A stretch of DNA of 63,627 nucleotides, taken from contig DASROI010000030.1 in the NCBI GenBank assembly GCA_035646955.1, positions 1 through 63,627 of the forward strand. Reading direction: 5' to 3'. The first letter of the stretch is position 1, and the number at the start of each line of letters is the position of its first letter. A model generated the notes under the pieces. The model worked only from the letters and a program-made list of their open reading frames with translations. It ran no database searches and was not told the DNA's origin. A program made the position numbers and the translations under genes. Source of the DNA: Pyrinomonadaceae bacterium. GTDB taxonomy: Bacteria; Acidobacteriota; Blastocatellia; Pyrinomonadales; Pyrinomonadaceae. Of the stretch, positions 1 through 9,977 are shown in pieces.

Positions 1-498
1 AATAATTCGATATGCATCCATCAAGCTATAGGTAACGACCCTGGCAACAGGCGAAGTAATGACTATTTTCTCCAAATCGAGACTCGCGGAAGCAGTCATT
101 CTGGTGACAAGTTCCGACTGTTGCTGCACGAACGTCTGTAGAATCGCCGGGTCAATGGTGCTGTTGGTTGGTTCTATCTGTTTTGGGGCTTTCAGTTTTC
201 TGGTTGTCGAGGGCTCTAACGATTTGATTAATAGTTTCCCGAATAACTTCGGCAAGAGAGGCAAACGCTCCCACGTCCTGTTGGCTTTGCGTCCGCTGAT
301 CACGGACTCAATGATCGGAAGGAAGGAAATTCCTGATGCCACCAGGTGATCGAAACATTGCGCAACACTCCAGCGCCCGGCTCCTGGCTTCCAATTCAAT
401 TGCTCGTAACTCAACGAGCCAAACGTTGACATGGTGCGCGATGAAATTTGTTGAGCTTCGGTAATCAGTTCCGGTAACAACGCCGTCGCGTATTGCAT
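1..498 (-). CDS. DinB-family protein, partial (N-terminal 166 aa; C-terminus lies beyond window edge)
   Basis: Absent from the supplied ORF track because no stop codon lies inside the window. Manual minus-strand translation from the ATG at 498 stays open to position 1: MQYATALLPELITEAQQISSRTMSTFGSLSYEQLNWKPGAGRWSVAQCFDHLVASG... NWKPxxxxWSxxQxxxHL is a DinB_2-type signature. The start lies 12 nt downstream of the ggt stop. Confidence 0.7.
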   Translation of the reverse strand, partial: MQYATALLPELITEAQQISSRTMSTFGSLSYEQLNWKPGAGRWSVAQCFDHLVASGISFLPIIESVISGRKANRTWERLPLLPKLFGKLLIKSLEPSTTRKLKAPKQIEPTNSTIDPAILQTFVQQQSELVTRMTASASLDLEKIVITSPVARVVTYSLMDAYRII

Positions 499-510
499 AA
501 ATCTTAATCT

Positions 511-2205
511 CTAATATCCAAGCGCCAGACCATCTTTCCGAGGGTCTGATGCACCCATTAGTGTTCCGCTTTGCGGGTCGATCATAATTGCCTGTCCGCC
601 ACCCATCGAGGAACGCATGGATCCGGGAGGCTTACCTCGCACAAGCCCTTTTCGAATGAGGCTGTCGATTACCGAGCTGCCAAGTTCATCCTCGAGCAAT
701 ACACTCTTCCCTTCTGTAAAGCGATATCGGGGTGCATCGATCGCCTCCTGAAGCCCCAGCTTCCTATCAATGAGACTTGAGAGTACTTGTATATGACCCT
801 GCGCTTGAATGGCGCCGCCCATCACGCCGAAGGATAGGAACAGTTTGTCGTCTCGAAAAACCATCGCAGGAATTAAAGTGTGAAATGGTCTTTTACCGGG
901 TTCGAGTCGATTCAGATGAGTTGGGTCGAGTGAAAAGCCATTGCCGCGATTCTGCAAAACGATCCCCGTATCACCGGCGACTACTCCTGAGCCAAACAGA
1001 TCAAACAGGCTGTTGATAAAGGAAACTGCATTTCCGTCATGGTCGACAACCGTGAAGTAAGTTGTATCGGATCCCAGATTGACTCCGGCAGGTGGATTGT
1101 CCAATGCCTTGTCCGGATCTATTAGTGCTCGACGTTTGGCTGCATAGTCTTTAGAAAGCAACTCATTCACTGGTACTTTTGCAAATGCCGGATCAGCGAT
1201 GTAGGTATTCCGATCAGCAAACGCGAGTTTTGTAGCTTCGATCAGCGCGTGGTAGTAGCGGTCGGGACTCATAGAAGCAAGGTCGAGGCCCTCAAGTATA
1301 TTGAGAGCAATCAATGCTGTAATTCCCTGCCCGTTTGGCGGCATCTCGAAGACAGTGTAGCCCCGGTAATTGGTTGAGATAGGCTGCACCCATTCAGCCT
1401 TCTGCGTCGCAAGATCGTCCATCGTGATCAGACAGCCATTCTGTTTGCAGTAATCAGCAATCGCCCTCCCGACGGGACCTTTGTAGAACGCATCGCGTCC
1501 GCCCGAGGCCAGTGTTCGCAGAGTTTGGGCGAGATTGGGCTGCCGAAAAATCTCACCAGCGACGGGTGGCCGACCGTTCACGAGATAGTTGTCAGTTGCC
1601 GAGCTATTCCGCTTCAGCTTGTCGACTTCCGCGGCCCAGTCTTCGGCAGTTTTCTCCATTACGGGAAAACCGTTTTCCGCGTAATCAATGGCTGGACTCA
1701 ATAAGTCGGCGAACTTCTTTCTTCCGTACTTTTCGTGCAGAGTGACCCAACCATCAAAGGCTCCAGGTACCGTGATGGTATCCATTCCATCTTGCGGCAT
1801 TCGAGTCAGATTCTTCTGTTTAAAATAGTCGATGGTCATTGCTCCTGGAGCTCGACCACTCGCATTCAGGCCTTTTAATTCCCTGGTCTTGGCCCAATAG
1901 ACCATGGCGAACATGTCTCCCCCAATTCCCGTCATCATCGGCTCGGTAACGTTGAGCATTGCTGCCATTGCAATAGCCGCATCCACCGCGTTACCGCCAC
2001 TCTTAAGAACATCCAATCCCACTGCTGACGCCAGCGGTTGACTACTGGCCACCATTCCATGTGACGCGCGCACGACTGAACGACTTGCGCGAGATGTCGA
2101 TCGATTCTGCGCAGCAACGGGCAGGTTTATTACAAGTATGGTGTTAATCAGGATAAGAGCACTGAACAGACTCACACCTGTCTGAAAAGAGTTGGCAGTC
2201 ATCAT
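511..2205 (-). CDS. ggt: gamma-glutamyltranspeptidase, secreted
   Basis: 564 aa with a hydrophobic N-terminus. Family signatures are TGIGGDMF, the autoprocessing region GSDTTYFTVVD, SFINSLF and MGGAIQAQ. Confidence 0.93.
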   Translation of the reverse strand: MMTANSFQTGVSLFSALILINTILVINLPVAAQNRSTSRASRSVVRASHGMVASSQPLASAVGLDVLKSGGNAVDAAIAMAAMLNVTEPMMTGIGGDMFAMVYWAKTRELKGLNASGRAPGAMTIDYFKQKNLTRMPQDGMDTITVPGAFDGWVTLHEKYGRKKFADLLSPAIDYAENGFPVMEKTAEDWAAEVDKLKRNSSATDNYLVNGRPPVAGEIFRQPNLAQTLRTLASGGRDAFYKGPVGRAIADYCKQNGCLITMDDLATQKAEWVQPISTNYRGYTVFEMPPNGQGITALIALNILEGLDLASMSPDRYYHALIEATKLAFADRNTYIADPAFAKVPVNELLSKDYAAKRRALIDPDKALDNPPAGVNLGSDTTYFTVVDHDGNAVSFINSLFDLFGSGVVAGDTGIVLQNRGNGFSLDPTHLNRLEPGKRPFHTLIPAMVFRDDKLFLSFGVMGGAIQAQGHIQVLSSLIDRKLGLQEAIDAPRYRFTEGKSVLLEDELGSSVIDSLIRKGLVRGKPPGSMRSSMGGGQAIMIDPQSGTLMGASDPRKDGLALGY

Positions 2206-2279
2206 AGGTTGTTTTGCTTATTCAATGGACCAAGTACACAAATTATTAATTGACCATCAGTCAATTCATAATTATCACT

Positions 2280-2723
2280 TTATTGCCCCAAACGCTCGTG
2301 AGGATAAGCCACCACCATTTGTCGGCCACGCTCCAAAATCTCCGGTGGGAACGGAGAAGCCTTTCGAGTCTTCAAGTCAATATGAACTCCCGTCAGTACA
2401 GTGATGGCACAGACTTCGCCCGTCTCCTCGTTACTCATCTCATGAAAGAAACGGACAACTCGCTCTCGAATCTCCAGAATCCCGGAACGTACCGCAACAA
2501 TGTCGCCAGCCGAGAGTTCACGCTTATAAGAGGTGTTCTGCTGAACCGCCACGATTCCCTGCGACTGGTCGCGCAAGACGGAAGGCGTCAGCCCGATCGA
2601 TGCAAGCAAATTCCAGGTCGCTTCATCAAACTTGCCCACATACCACATGACGTTCATGTGATTCATATGATCACAATGCCATGGATAGACCGTGCCCCGG
2701 TAAGTGATCGGTAGTTCGCTCAC
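2280..2723 (-). CDS. acyl-CoA thioesterase, hotdog fold (4HBT/YbgC-like)
   Basis: 147 aa. The N-terminal YPWHCDHMNHMNVMWYVGKFDEATW matches the catalytic-Asp region of 4HBT thioesterases. Confidence 0.8.
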   Translation of the reverse strand: MSELPITYRGTVYPWHCDHMNHMNVMWYVGKFDEATWNLLASIGLTPSVLRDQSQGIVAVQQNTSYKRELSAGDIVAVRSGILEIRERVVRFFHEMSNEETGEVCAITVLTGVHIDLKTRKASPFPPEILERGRQMVVAYPHERLGQ

Positions 2724-2748
2724 TTAAAACCTCCGCCCAGATCATTCG

Positions 2749-4680
2749 CTATGTCACTTGAAAGACAATCAGAGTTTGGTCATCTTGCCGATTTACGCCT
2801 TCGCAATGCAATGAGAGGGCTTCGGAGAGAGCGGCTTTAATTCCCTCTGGACTATTTTCTTCACAACTGTCCAGCGAACTCTCAACACCCTCGTAGCCAA
2901 ACTCATCACCCTCTTTATTCAATGCCTCGAGTACACCATCGGTCGGGAATAACAGCACGTCACCGGGTACACAGTCTATCTGAAGTTGATCATAATCACG
3001 TCCCGGCAATAGACCCAGAGGTGTTCCAACTACTTCGATGATCGACATCTTTCCGTTGCGATAAAGAATGGGCCGCGGCAAACCGGAGTTAGCTATAAAC
3101 AGCTTTCGATTCTCGTTATCCCACACTGTATACGTCAAAGCTACAAAGTGAGAATCCAAAGGGCGCTCCATTAAGGCATCATTCAAACGCTTTAACATTT
3201 CTCCGGGAAAGAGCTCGTGCTCCATCAACTGCCGCAAGATGCCAGTAGTTAGCGCCGCATAGAGGGCGGCGGCCGCTCCTTTGCCGCTCACGTCACCCAA
3301 GATTCCTACATGTAGTGATGATTTCGAGTAATAGGAGAACTCATAAATGTCGCCGCCGATGATTCTTGCCGGACTGGAGAATGTGGCGACTACGGCGTTC
3401 GTCATCGGCATCAATTTATCCGACAACAAGCGCTTCTGCAGTTGACGTGCAAATCTTAGATCCTGGTCCAACTGTCTCTCATGAGCACTAACCCGGGCGT
3501 ATAACATTGCGTTATCCAGAGCAATCGCCAATTGAGACGCCAGGATCACCATCGCCTGAACGTGATTCTCAGTGAAGTAGTGAGGCGTTGTGTTCTCGAT
3601 GTCGAGCACACCAATCAACTGGTCCTTTACGATAAGTGGAACACTCAGTTCTGAGCGGGTCTCCTCGTGAAACTTGATATAGCGGGGGTCGACCGTGACG
3701 TCGCCTACGACAACTGCCTGTCGGGTGCGGGCTGCATAACCAATCACGCCTCGATCGATCGAGATCGGCGGCTTGGTGATTACGTCCATGCCGGTAAATG
3801 AGAACACTGGCTCCAAATTCTTTCCTTCGGAATCAAGTAGCAAGACGGAGAACGAGTCGTACTCGATGAGCTGGTACAGCAACTCGCCGATCCGTTTTAG
3901 CAGCTCATCGCGATTCAGCAGCGAGCTTAATTCGCGACTAATGCCATTAAGAATCTCCAGACTCCGCGCCTGAGATACAGCTGATTCTTTTGCTTTCCGC
4001 AACTCTTCTTCACGAGCTTTTCGCTGCGAGATATCTCGCAAGAAAGCGCCGAAGAAGTTGCCAGCTTCAGTGCAAATGGGGCCGCTGATAGTTACTTCCA
4101 CAGGAAACTCGTGACCCTCACGATGCCGCGCAGCCATTTCCAGGCGATGATTGACTACAGGCCCTTCGCCGCATTCGCTAAAGGTTCGCAGACAGCGTTG
4201 CAAGTCAGGATAAAAAGCTGCTGGAATGACCGTGTCCCAGAGAGTCTTTCGGAGGGCTTGTCGTTTCGTCCACCCAAAAATCGCCGTCGCTTGAGCATTC
4301 CAATTTAGAATTCGTCCATCAACGTCTACGCCAACAAAAGCGTCCGGAGCAGTTTCAACTACGAGTTCAGCCCGAGCCTCAGCGTCGGCGAGCCGTTTGA
4401 CCACTCGCAGGACCTTCTGTTTTTGTTCGTGTAATTGTCTCTCGGTTAAGGTTTGTTCAGATGGAGTTGGACCACTCCATGGACGCACCGTTGAGGTCAT
4501 TGTCTGAACCACGCGCTCGCTAGCGTCATGGAGATCTTCGGGCGGGGGCTCTGTAACCTTTTCATTGCGGGAGAAGTCGATCTCGATCGTGTCGGCAGAT
4601 TCATCACTGCGAAAAGGCGAAGCTCCGCTTAATGGGCGAGTAAAGCGTCGGCCATCCTTAAGGTGATTACTGCCGGACAT
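2749..4680 (-). CDS. PAS-GAF-PP2C (SpoIIE/RsbU-type) serine phosphatase
   Basis: 643 aa. PAS-like segment: APDAFVGVDVDGRILNWNAQATAIFGW. GAF: IGYAARTRQAVVVGDV..VPLIVKDQLIGVLDIEN. SpoIIE/PP2C: GGDIYEF, GDVSGKG, NSGLPRP, TDGVLEA, DDQTLIV. Confidence 0.88.
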   Translation of the reverse strand: MSGSNHLKDGRRFTRPLSGASPFRSDESADTIEIDFSRNEKVTEPPPEDLHDASERVVQTMTSTVRPWSGPTPSEQTLTERQLHEQKQKVLRVVKRLADAEARAELVVETAPDAFVGVDVDGRILNWNAQATAIFGWTKRQALRKTLWDTVIPAAFYPDLQRCLRTFSECGEGPVVNHRLEMAARHREGHEFPVEVTISGPICTEAGNFFGAFLRDISQRKAREEELRKAKESAVSQARSLEILNGISRELSSLLNRDELLKRIGELLYQLIEYDSFSVLLLDSEGKNLEPVFSFTGMDVITKPPISIDRGVIGYAARTRQAVVVGDVTVDPRYIKFHEETRSELSVPLIVKDQLIGVLDIENTTPHYFTENHVQAMVILASQLAIALDNAMLYARVSAHERQLDQDLRFARQLQKRLLSDKLMPMTNAVVATFSSPARIIGGDIYEFSYYSKSSLHVGILGDVSGKGAAAALYAALTTGILRQLMEHELFPGEMLKRLNDALMERPLDSHFVALTYTVWDNENRKLFIANSGLPRPILYRNGKMSIIEVVGTPLGLLPGRDYDQLQIDCVPGDVLLFPTDGVLEALNKEGDEFGYEGVESSLDSCEENSPEGIKAALSEALSLHCEGVNRQDDQTLIVFQVT

Positions 4681-4811
4681 CTTCTGTTCCCTCTTTCGCG
4701 GCCCGCTGCAGCAGCGGTGAGAGGCGAATAATCCGCTAAGACTTAAATTGGAAACTAACTCGACCTTCCCTGCGGTTATCCCTCACTCATAGGTTTTTTG
4801 TGCCATCCAAA

Positions 4812-7310
4812 TTAAGAACGAGCCGTAGCTGGCCCAGTCTCGTCAATGAACGCCGTGAGATCTTTGACTACTGACGCTGGTCTTTCCCAGTGTGGCGCGT
4901 GACCGGTATCCCGATACCCTTGTGCAAACTTTGTATCCAGTGTGGTTACCAGTAATTTCTGTTCGGCCTCAGGAAAAATCGCATCCTTATCGCCCCACAA
5001 AACGAGTACCGGCATCTTCAATTTAGTGAGTTCTACAACTGCATCATCAGCTAACATACCTTCCAATAATTGCCTCCAGGTACTCAGAGAGAGCTTTCCA
5101 CTCTCTGAGATTACCTGCTCCATGAACGCTTCCGGCAACGGAGTAAAAACGGTGCTGTCTTGAAAGTCTTTGATGAAGCTATAGGGAACTGTTTCTTTAA
5201 AACTGTTCAAGTCGCGCCTAAGCGACTTTACTGACTCGTTTCTCAACGTGGTGCTCGAACCCATCAACACCAGGCGTTGAACTCGATCAGGAGCCATTGC
5301 GGCAACATGCTGCCCCACGAAACTACCCATTGAGTGGCCGACTATAGTCGCGCGCTTAATACCTTTAGCGTCCATAAAAGCGACCACATCGCGAGCGAGA
5401 TCGTACAAGGCATAACCGGTTGCCGGCTGGTCAGACTTCCCGTGCCCTCGCTGATCGAGAACGTAAACTCGATAGTTACGATCGAGTAGCGGCAAGATTC
5501 GGCTGAAGGAAAACCACGAGTCAGAGTACCCATGTAGCATGATTATCGGTTCGCCGGTTTCATTTCCCTGCACCGCATAGTGCAATCGAACTCCTGTCTT
5601 GAGGCTGACCGTTGCGAAAGTGGGTACGACAGCTTCCGAGTTCGACATTCCGCTGTTAGGCGTCGTAATTCCGGCTAACCCTGCCACCGTGAGCTTTGTG
5701 TCAGCAGCAGCCCAGGCCCGTTCAAACTCAACCTGGACCAGCCGGCTGGAATTCAACTGATTTTGAGCCCTGAGACTTTCAGCTAGTCCAAACAGACCGC
5801 GACCGTTGCGTGGATGCTTGGCAATCTCAGCGCGAAATACTCTCTCCGCAGCAGGCGCCTCTCCGTTCAAAAGCAACACGGCACCGTATAACTCTCGCAC
5901 GGGGAGATCCCAATCAGCTGGTTCGTTGTACGCGACTGCATCTTCCGCGATCACCGCCTTACTAAACAGATCCGCCGCCCCCTTCTTGTCACCACGAACA
6001 AAAGCAATCTTGCCGGCGAGCATATTGTCTGCAACTCTAAGAACGTCATGTGCGAGACTATTGCCCACGGGAGCATCGGCAGGGATAGTATTAATCACCG
6101 ACTGCAGTGACTTGTATTCTGTTTCGGCATCGGCCGCCTGCTTCATTCCCGCGAAAGCCATACCCCGACCGAAGTGCCAGTATGCGGTTGTAATTTTCAA
6201 GGCCGCATCAGGTTTTGCAACCTTCAGCATCTCGTCCCAGCGCCCAAAGCGAACCAGCGACACGGTTGAGTAGGGCAAGAACATTTCAAGCATGGGCATC
6301 GCCTTCACATGAGGAAGCACACTTGCTTCTAGTTCACGCGCGGCCTTAATTGAATCTTCGTAGCGCCCCTTCATCGCATTTGCTGCGGCGAGAAAATGGA
6401 TGTTGTGGTTGTAATACATCATGGTGTAAACACCCTGGTTTCCACCGTTTGCTATGTATTCCCGATCCGCAACAATCGCATCAGTGTTCGACTGGGCCGC
6501 TTCAATGTAATCTCCGGTCCGGATGTAGATATGCGATGGCATATGGACCAGGTGCCCGGCTTTCGGCGCCAACTTTCCGAGCCGAGCTGCACTCGGCAAC
6601 GCACGCTCGGCATTTTGCGAAGCTTCGACAGCGTGTATGTAATAGTGGTTTGCGCCGGTATGATTCGGGTTGCGTTTTAAAACCCCTTCAAGCACCGAGA
6701 CGATTTCGAGAGTTCCTTCGGCCGGCTTGCCATCAAGTGTCCAAAGTTTCCAGGGACGCAGATTCATCATGCTTTCAGCATATAGAGTTGTCGCATCAAG
6801 ATCGTCAGGATATTTCTGGACCAACTCGCCCATCGCATTTTTATAGTCGGTCGCAAGTTTCTGCCGATCGACTTGCAAATCAGCGGAGTATCGCCTGGCC
6901 AGCGCATTTATGTAGGCTTGTTCGTTCTCCGAAGCTTTTGGCGCAAGAGCAATTGCCTTCTGGAGATTCGCGTATGCTTCCAGGAGTTGAGGACCTTCAA
7001 CTTGAAGGTTGTAATTAGAGCCTTGTGCCAGCGCAGCACCCCAGTAGGCCATGGCGAGCTGAGGATCCAGCTCGGCGGAACGCTTGAACGACCGCACTGC
7101 CTCGTCATGGTTGAAGGCGAAAACATATGCTAAGCCCTGATTGAAAAACCTCTGGGCCTCAGGATTGTTAGTGGATACCGGGTGGTTCACATCACCCAAC
7201 CCTGCCGCTAGCAATACTGGCGGCTGAGTCTCTGCGTTCGGCGCGTGACTGTGTTGACCAAAAGCGGACGCATGTAAAACCAGCACTAGGGTTACAACGA
7301 TGTACTTCAT
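4812..7310 (-). CDS. secreted TPR-like domain fused to a C-terminal alpha/beta-hydrolase
   Basis: The ORF is open to 7475, but the ATG at 7310 yields a signal peptide, MKYIVVTLVLVLHASAFGQ. The N-terminal ~560 aa form a TPR-like helical domain containing HLVHMPSHIY. The C-terminus carries HGYSDSW, the nucleophile elbow GHSMGS, GDKDA and GHAPHWE. Confidence 0.8.
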   Translation of the reverse strand: MKYIVVTLVLVLHASAFGQHSHAPNAETQPPVLLAAGLGDVNHPVSTNNPEAQRFFNQGLAYVFAFNHDEAVRSFKRSAELDPQLAMAYWGAALAQGSNYNLQVEGPQLLEAYANLQKAIALAPKASENEQAYINALARRYSADLQVDRQKLATDYKNAMGELVQKYPDDLDATTLYAESMMNLRPWKLWTLDGKPAEGTLEIVSVLEGVLKRNPNHTGANHYYIHAVEASQNAERALPSAARLGKLAPKAGHLVHMPSHIYIRTGDYIEAAQSNTDAIVADREYIANGGNQGVYTMMYYNHNIHFLAAANAMKGRYEDSIKAARELEASVLPHVKAMPMLEMFLPYSTVSLVRFGRWDEMLKVAKPDAALKITTAYWHFGRGMAFAGMKQAADAETEYKSLQSVINTIPADAPVGNSLAHDVLRVADNMLAGKIAFVRGDKKGAADLFSKAVIAEDAVAYNEPADWDLPVRELYGAVLLLNGEAPAAERVFRAEIAKHPRNGRGLFGLAESLRAQNQLNSSRLVQVEFERAWAAADTKLTVAGLAGITTPNSGMSNSEAVVPTFATVSLKTGVRLHYAVQGNETGEPIIMLHGYSDSWFSFSRILPLLDRNYRVYVLDQRGHGKSDQPATGYALYDLARDVVAFMDAKGIKRATIVGHSMGSFVGQHVAAMAPDRVQRLVLMGSSTTLRNESVKSLRRDLNSFKETVPYSFIKDFQDSTVFTPLPEAFMEQVISESGKLSLSTWRQLLEGMLADDAVVELTKLKMPVLVLWGDKDAIFPEAEQKLLVTTLDTKFAQGYRDTGHAPHWERPASVVKDLTAFIDETGPATARS

Positions 7311-7521
7311 ATTCGCTCTCCTAACTGACGTCAAAAACAGAGTCCGGCACAATGTGTCACAAGAGCTAACGCGTAAATTGACTGAAAAAAGGGCCGGTCC
7401 CCGCAATACCTGACAAGAACAATCATCCACAGATTTTCGCTGATTCTGCAGATTTCTTCTGAGAAAGCACGCCACTCGAGTTTTCTAAGAAAAACTCTGT
7501 GTAATCGTCGTCATCGGTGGA

Positions 7522-8094
7522 TTACTCCGCGGCACCGTACTTTAGATGGGCCACCTTCGCCTGTCCCTTCGCATAGACTGTGACAATAAACAAATCGTCG
7601 TACGTCTTCTCATCGATCGTTTTGATTGTTCCACCGCCCAGCGCCTTGATCAAATCCGGAATCGAGTTAGTGTGCCCAACAAGGAGCACACTTTGACCCG
7701 TATGCTGTAGAAGCTTTGCAGCACTTTCGTTAGTTGATTCATCGGAGATCCGCCTCGGATTAGCAGGATCAGATTTAAGAACGAACGGTGTGGTGGTAGC
7801 ACCTGACTGTTTTGCCACCAGCTCGCCAGTCAGTTTTGTGCGTTGAAATTGAGAAGTATAGACAGCCTTAATATCGGAAGCCGACAAGAGTCGGGTAAGT
7901 TCTGCAGCTCGGCGGATTCCCTTTTCACTCAAAGGTGGATCCTGTCGAGGCTCATCAGCCTTCTCGGCGTGACGAATAATAAATATCGTTATCGGTGAAA
8001 ACTGCTCCTGCGCCACGACTCGGTCGGCACCGGCCACGGAGGCGCTAAGAAAACCAAGCATCAGCAAAACCAGGCGAAACGAAAACTTATCCAT
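7522..8094 (-). CDS. histidine phosphatase superfamily protein (SixA/PGAM-like), secreted
   Basis: 190 aa with a signal peptide. It has the catalytic IFIIRHAEK motif and LLVGHTNSIP. Confidence 0.8.
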   Translation of the reverse strand: MDKFSFRLVLLMLGFLSASVAGADRVVAQEQFSPITIFIIRHAEKADEPRQDPPLSEKGIRRAAELTRLLSASDIKAVYTSQFQRTKLTGELVAKQSGATTTPFVLKSDPANPRRISDESTNESAAKLLQHTGQSVLLVGHTNSIPDLIKALGGGTIKTIDEKTYDDLFIVTVYAKGQAKVAHLKYGAAE

Positions 8095-8110
8095 CAGTTA
8101 TTCCTCTCGT

Positions 8111-8704
8111 CTAACGTTTTAAGGCTAGCGCTGCCCCTAACACAGTCAGGGACATCACAAGTATCAAACCAACAAAACCAATGGCTTTGTCTACGCTCTT
8201 AAATCCTGTCCATTGCAAGTAATGGATCTTATAGAGTAGATCGATCCATGCGGTGTCGGTGCCTTGTTGCTGCAGCGTTAAGGTGGTCCAATCAAGACTT
8301 ACTTGTACGCCTGTGCTGGTTCGAGCAGTCGAGTCCGAGATACTAACAATCTCGCCATAACGGCTAGGATTCGCACTAAAGGCGTCTTTAAGAAGCAATC
8401 TTATTTCGGCTTCAGACGGTTTTGCTCTGGGCTGCTTTGTAACTGGATCGAGTTGCTGCCAATCTGCTTGCGTTCGGACCAACAAGTGATCTCCCAGGAC
8501 AGTTCTTAAATATCTCAACTCGCTCCACGCCGGATCGACAGTCAAAGTCGGCGAGCTGGCCAGACTATATGTCTTTACTTTTAGAATCTCATAAGCACCC
8601 ACGTAGCCAGGTTTTATGAAGAAGACGAAGCCAGTCAGAGCCCAACCGAAAAAAGGCAGGATAAGGATCACCCCAATGACTCTGTGAATCTTTCGTGTCT
8701 TCAC
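8111..8704 (-). CDS. PepSY-like two-TM membrane protein
   Basis: 197 aa. KIHRVIGVILILPFFGWALTGF at the N-terminus and a C-terminal TM helix resemble PepSY-associated TM proteins. The family call is from memory. Confidence 0.55.
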   Translation of the reverse strand: MKTRKIHRVIGVILILPFFGWALTGFVFFIKPGYVGAYEILKVKTYSLASSPTLTVDPAWSELRYLRTVLGDHLLVRTQADWQQLDPVTKQPRAKPSEAEIRLLLKDAFSANPSRYGEIVSISDSTARTSTGVQVSLDWTTLTLQQQGTDTAWIDLLYKIHYLQWTGFKSVDKAIGFVGLILVMSLTVLGAALALKR

Positions 8705-8707
8705 TAA

Positions 8708-9235
8708 TTATTTCGGAGAGTAATTAGCAGGCCAGTTCGGTGGTGCTTCGGGCCATTGTTCGTCGGGACTCGCGGGCTCCGCTTGATCTGATCCAAGCCG
8801 CTCAGGATTCACCTCGGCAACCACAAAGTTCTCCGGCGGCACTGGCGTTCCAGCCATTCGGCGAAGCATTGCGAGTTGACCGGCGTGTGTCATAGCGTCT
8901 GAAAATGGACCTTGCAACAAACGCTCTTCGGTGATCTCTCCTTGAAGTTGATCTCCATTTTTGATGTGACTGGCTAGAAGTTCCAACATTTCATGAAAAC
9001 GTTGAATCTCATCGTCAAACGTTGGTAGGGGTTCTGGCCAGTAGTTTCCGCCGATGAAGAAAGTGCGCGAATACCCAAGCACACTCGTCATATGTCTCAC
9101 CAGTTCAGCTGGAGTACGCACATCTCTCATCACGCGAAAATCGCCAAACCCGGGAGGAGCACCGCGTAATGCTTTCTGAGTGCGATAGGCAAGAGCCGCC
9201 AAAAAGTGGACCAACAAACTTCGCTTTTCCGTCAT
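8708..9235 (-). CDS. DinB-family protein
   Basis: 175 aa with a helical-bundle pattern: LVHFLAALAYRTQKAL, HMTSVLG, MTHAGQLAMLRR. There is a 3-nt gap to the downstream gene. Confidence 0.7.
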   Translation of the reverse strand: MTEKRSLLVHFLAALAYRTQKALRGAPPGFGDFRVMRDVRTPAELVRHMTSVLGYSRTFFIGGNYWPEPLPTFDDEIQRFHEMLELLASHIKNGDQLQGEITEERLLQGPFSDAMTHAGQLAMLRRMAGTPVPPENFVVAEVNPERLGSDQAEPASPDEQWPEAPPNWPANYSPK

Positions 9236-9250
9236 GGTTACACGATAGCG

Positions 9251-9799
9251 CTAGATAGCCAGGGTTTTGTACATCCTCACCAGCGGTAGTTTAATCGCCT
9301 GTCCGAGTTCGAGCTCGAAAGGCTCGGCCTGGCGGTATCCACACGCCTCGTATAGCGCAATGCCTGGTAAAGTCGACATCAGTTCAAGAGAGCTGAAGCC
9401 GTGGGCCGCAGCATCCGATTCACAGTGCGCGAGCATTGCTCGTCCAATTCCATGACGAGCGAAGTCGGGATGAACAAAGAAGGCTCGAATCCGTGCTGGC
9501 TCCACGCGGGGATCTAACATTTCGGAATTACGATTCTCAAACTGATCACCGCCGTACAAATTCCTTCTCCGGCTCCAACCGCCACAGCCAGCCAATTGGC
9601 CGGAGTCTGTTTCGGCTACAAAGTAACTTTCATCGTCGATCAGATCCGTATCCACTCCGAACACCTCAGAGACCGCAGCTTCAATCTGCGAGTCGTCATA
9701 GTGAGCCCGGCTTAGACCTCGCGCGGACGCTGCGATCAAATTCTGTATCGCAGAACGATCCGACAATGCTGCTTTTCGAATCGAATAGTTCATGACCAA
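9251..9799 (-). CDS. GNAT-family N-acetyltransferase
   Basis: 182 aa with acetyl-CoA motif A, FFVHPDFARHGIGRAML. Confidence 0.85.
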   Translation of the reverse strand: MVMNYSIRKAALSDRSAIQNLIAASARGLSRAHYDDSQIEAAVSEVFGVDTDLIDDESYFVAETDSGQLAGCGGWSRRRNLYGGDQFENRNSEMLDPRVEPARIRAFFVHPDFARHGIGRAMLAHCESDAAAHGFSSLELMSTLPGIALYEACGYRQAEPFELELGQAIKLPLVRMYKTLAI

Positions 9800-9977
9800 T
9801 GTACGAACATTTAGTTGCTTCTTAACAGTACGAAACCACGAGCGAAGGGATAGGATGAATCATCTCTTGCTTAAATTCTGCTGAGCGTGGGGCGTTGAGT
9901 ATCCATCCGGTCGCTTCGTTCCCGGTACGAGACTCATTTATCGACACTGATCAGGATAGACTTTTTGTGCACAACCC

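Noticed and set aside
59-349. 96-aa plus-strand ORF from the ORF track.
   Set aside because: It is fully antisense to the much better supported partial DinB-family frame (1-498, minus strand). It has an odd Cys/Ser-rich composition and no recognisable motif.
4790-4810. TGGCAC on the minus strand upstream of the PAS-GAF-PP2C gene.
   Set aside because: There is no GC dinucleotide at the -12 position (TGGCAC-AAAAA-ACCTA), so it is not a sigma-54 promoter.
5806-7018. Long plus-strand ORFs (155 aa at 5806-6273, 222 aa at 6350-7018, and others) opposite the TPR-hydrolase gene.
   Set aside because: They are antisense to a gene with clear family motifs. Their Arg/Ser/Cys/Pro-rich low-complexity translations are typical of non-coding antisense frames.
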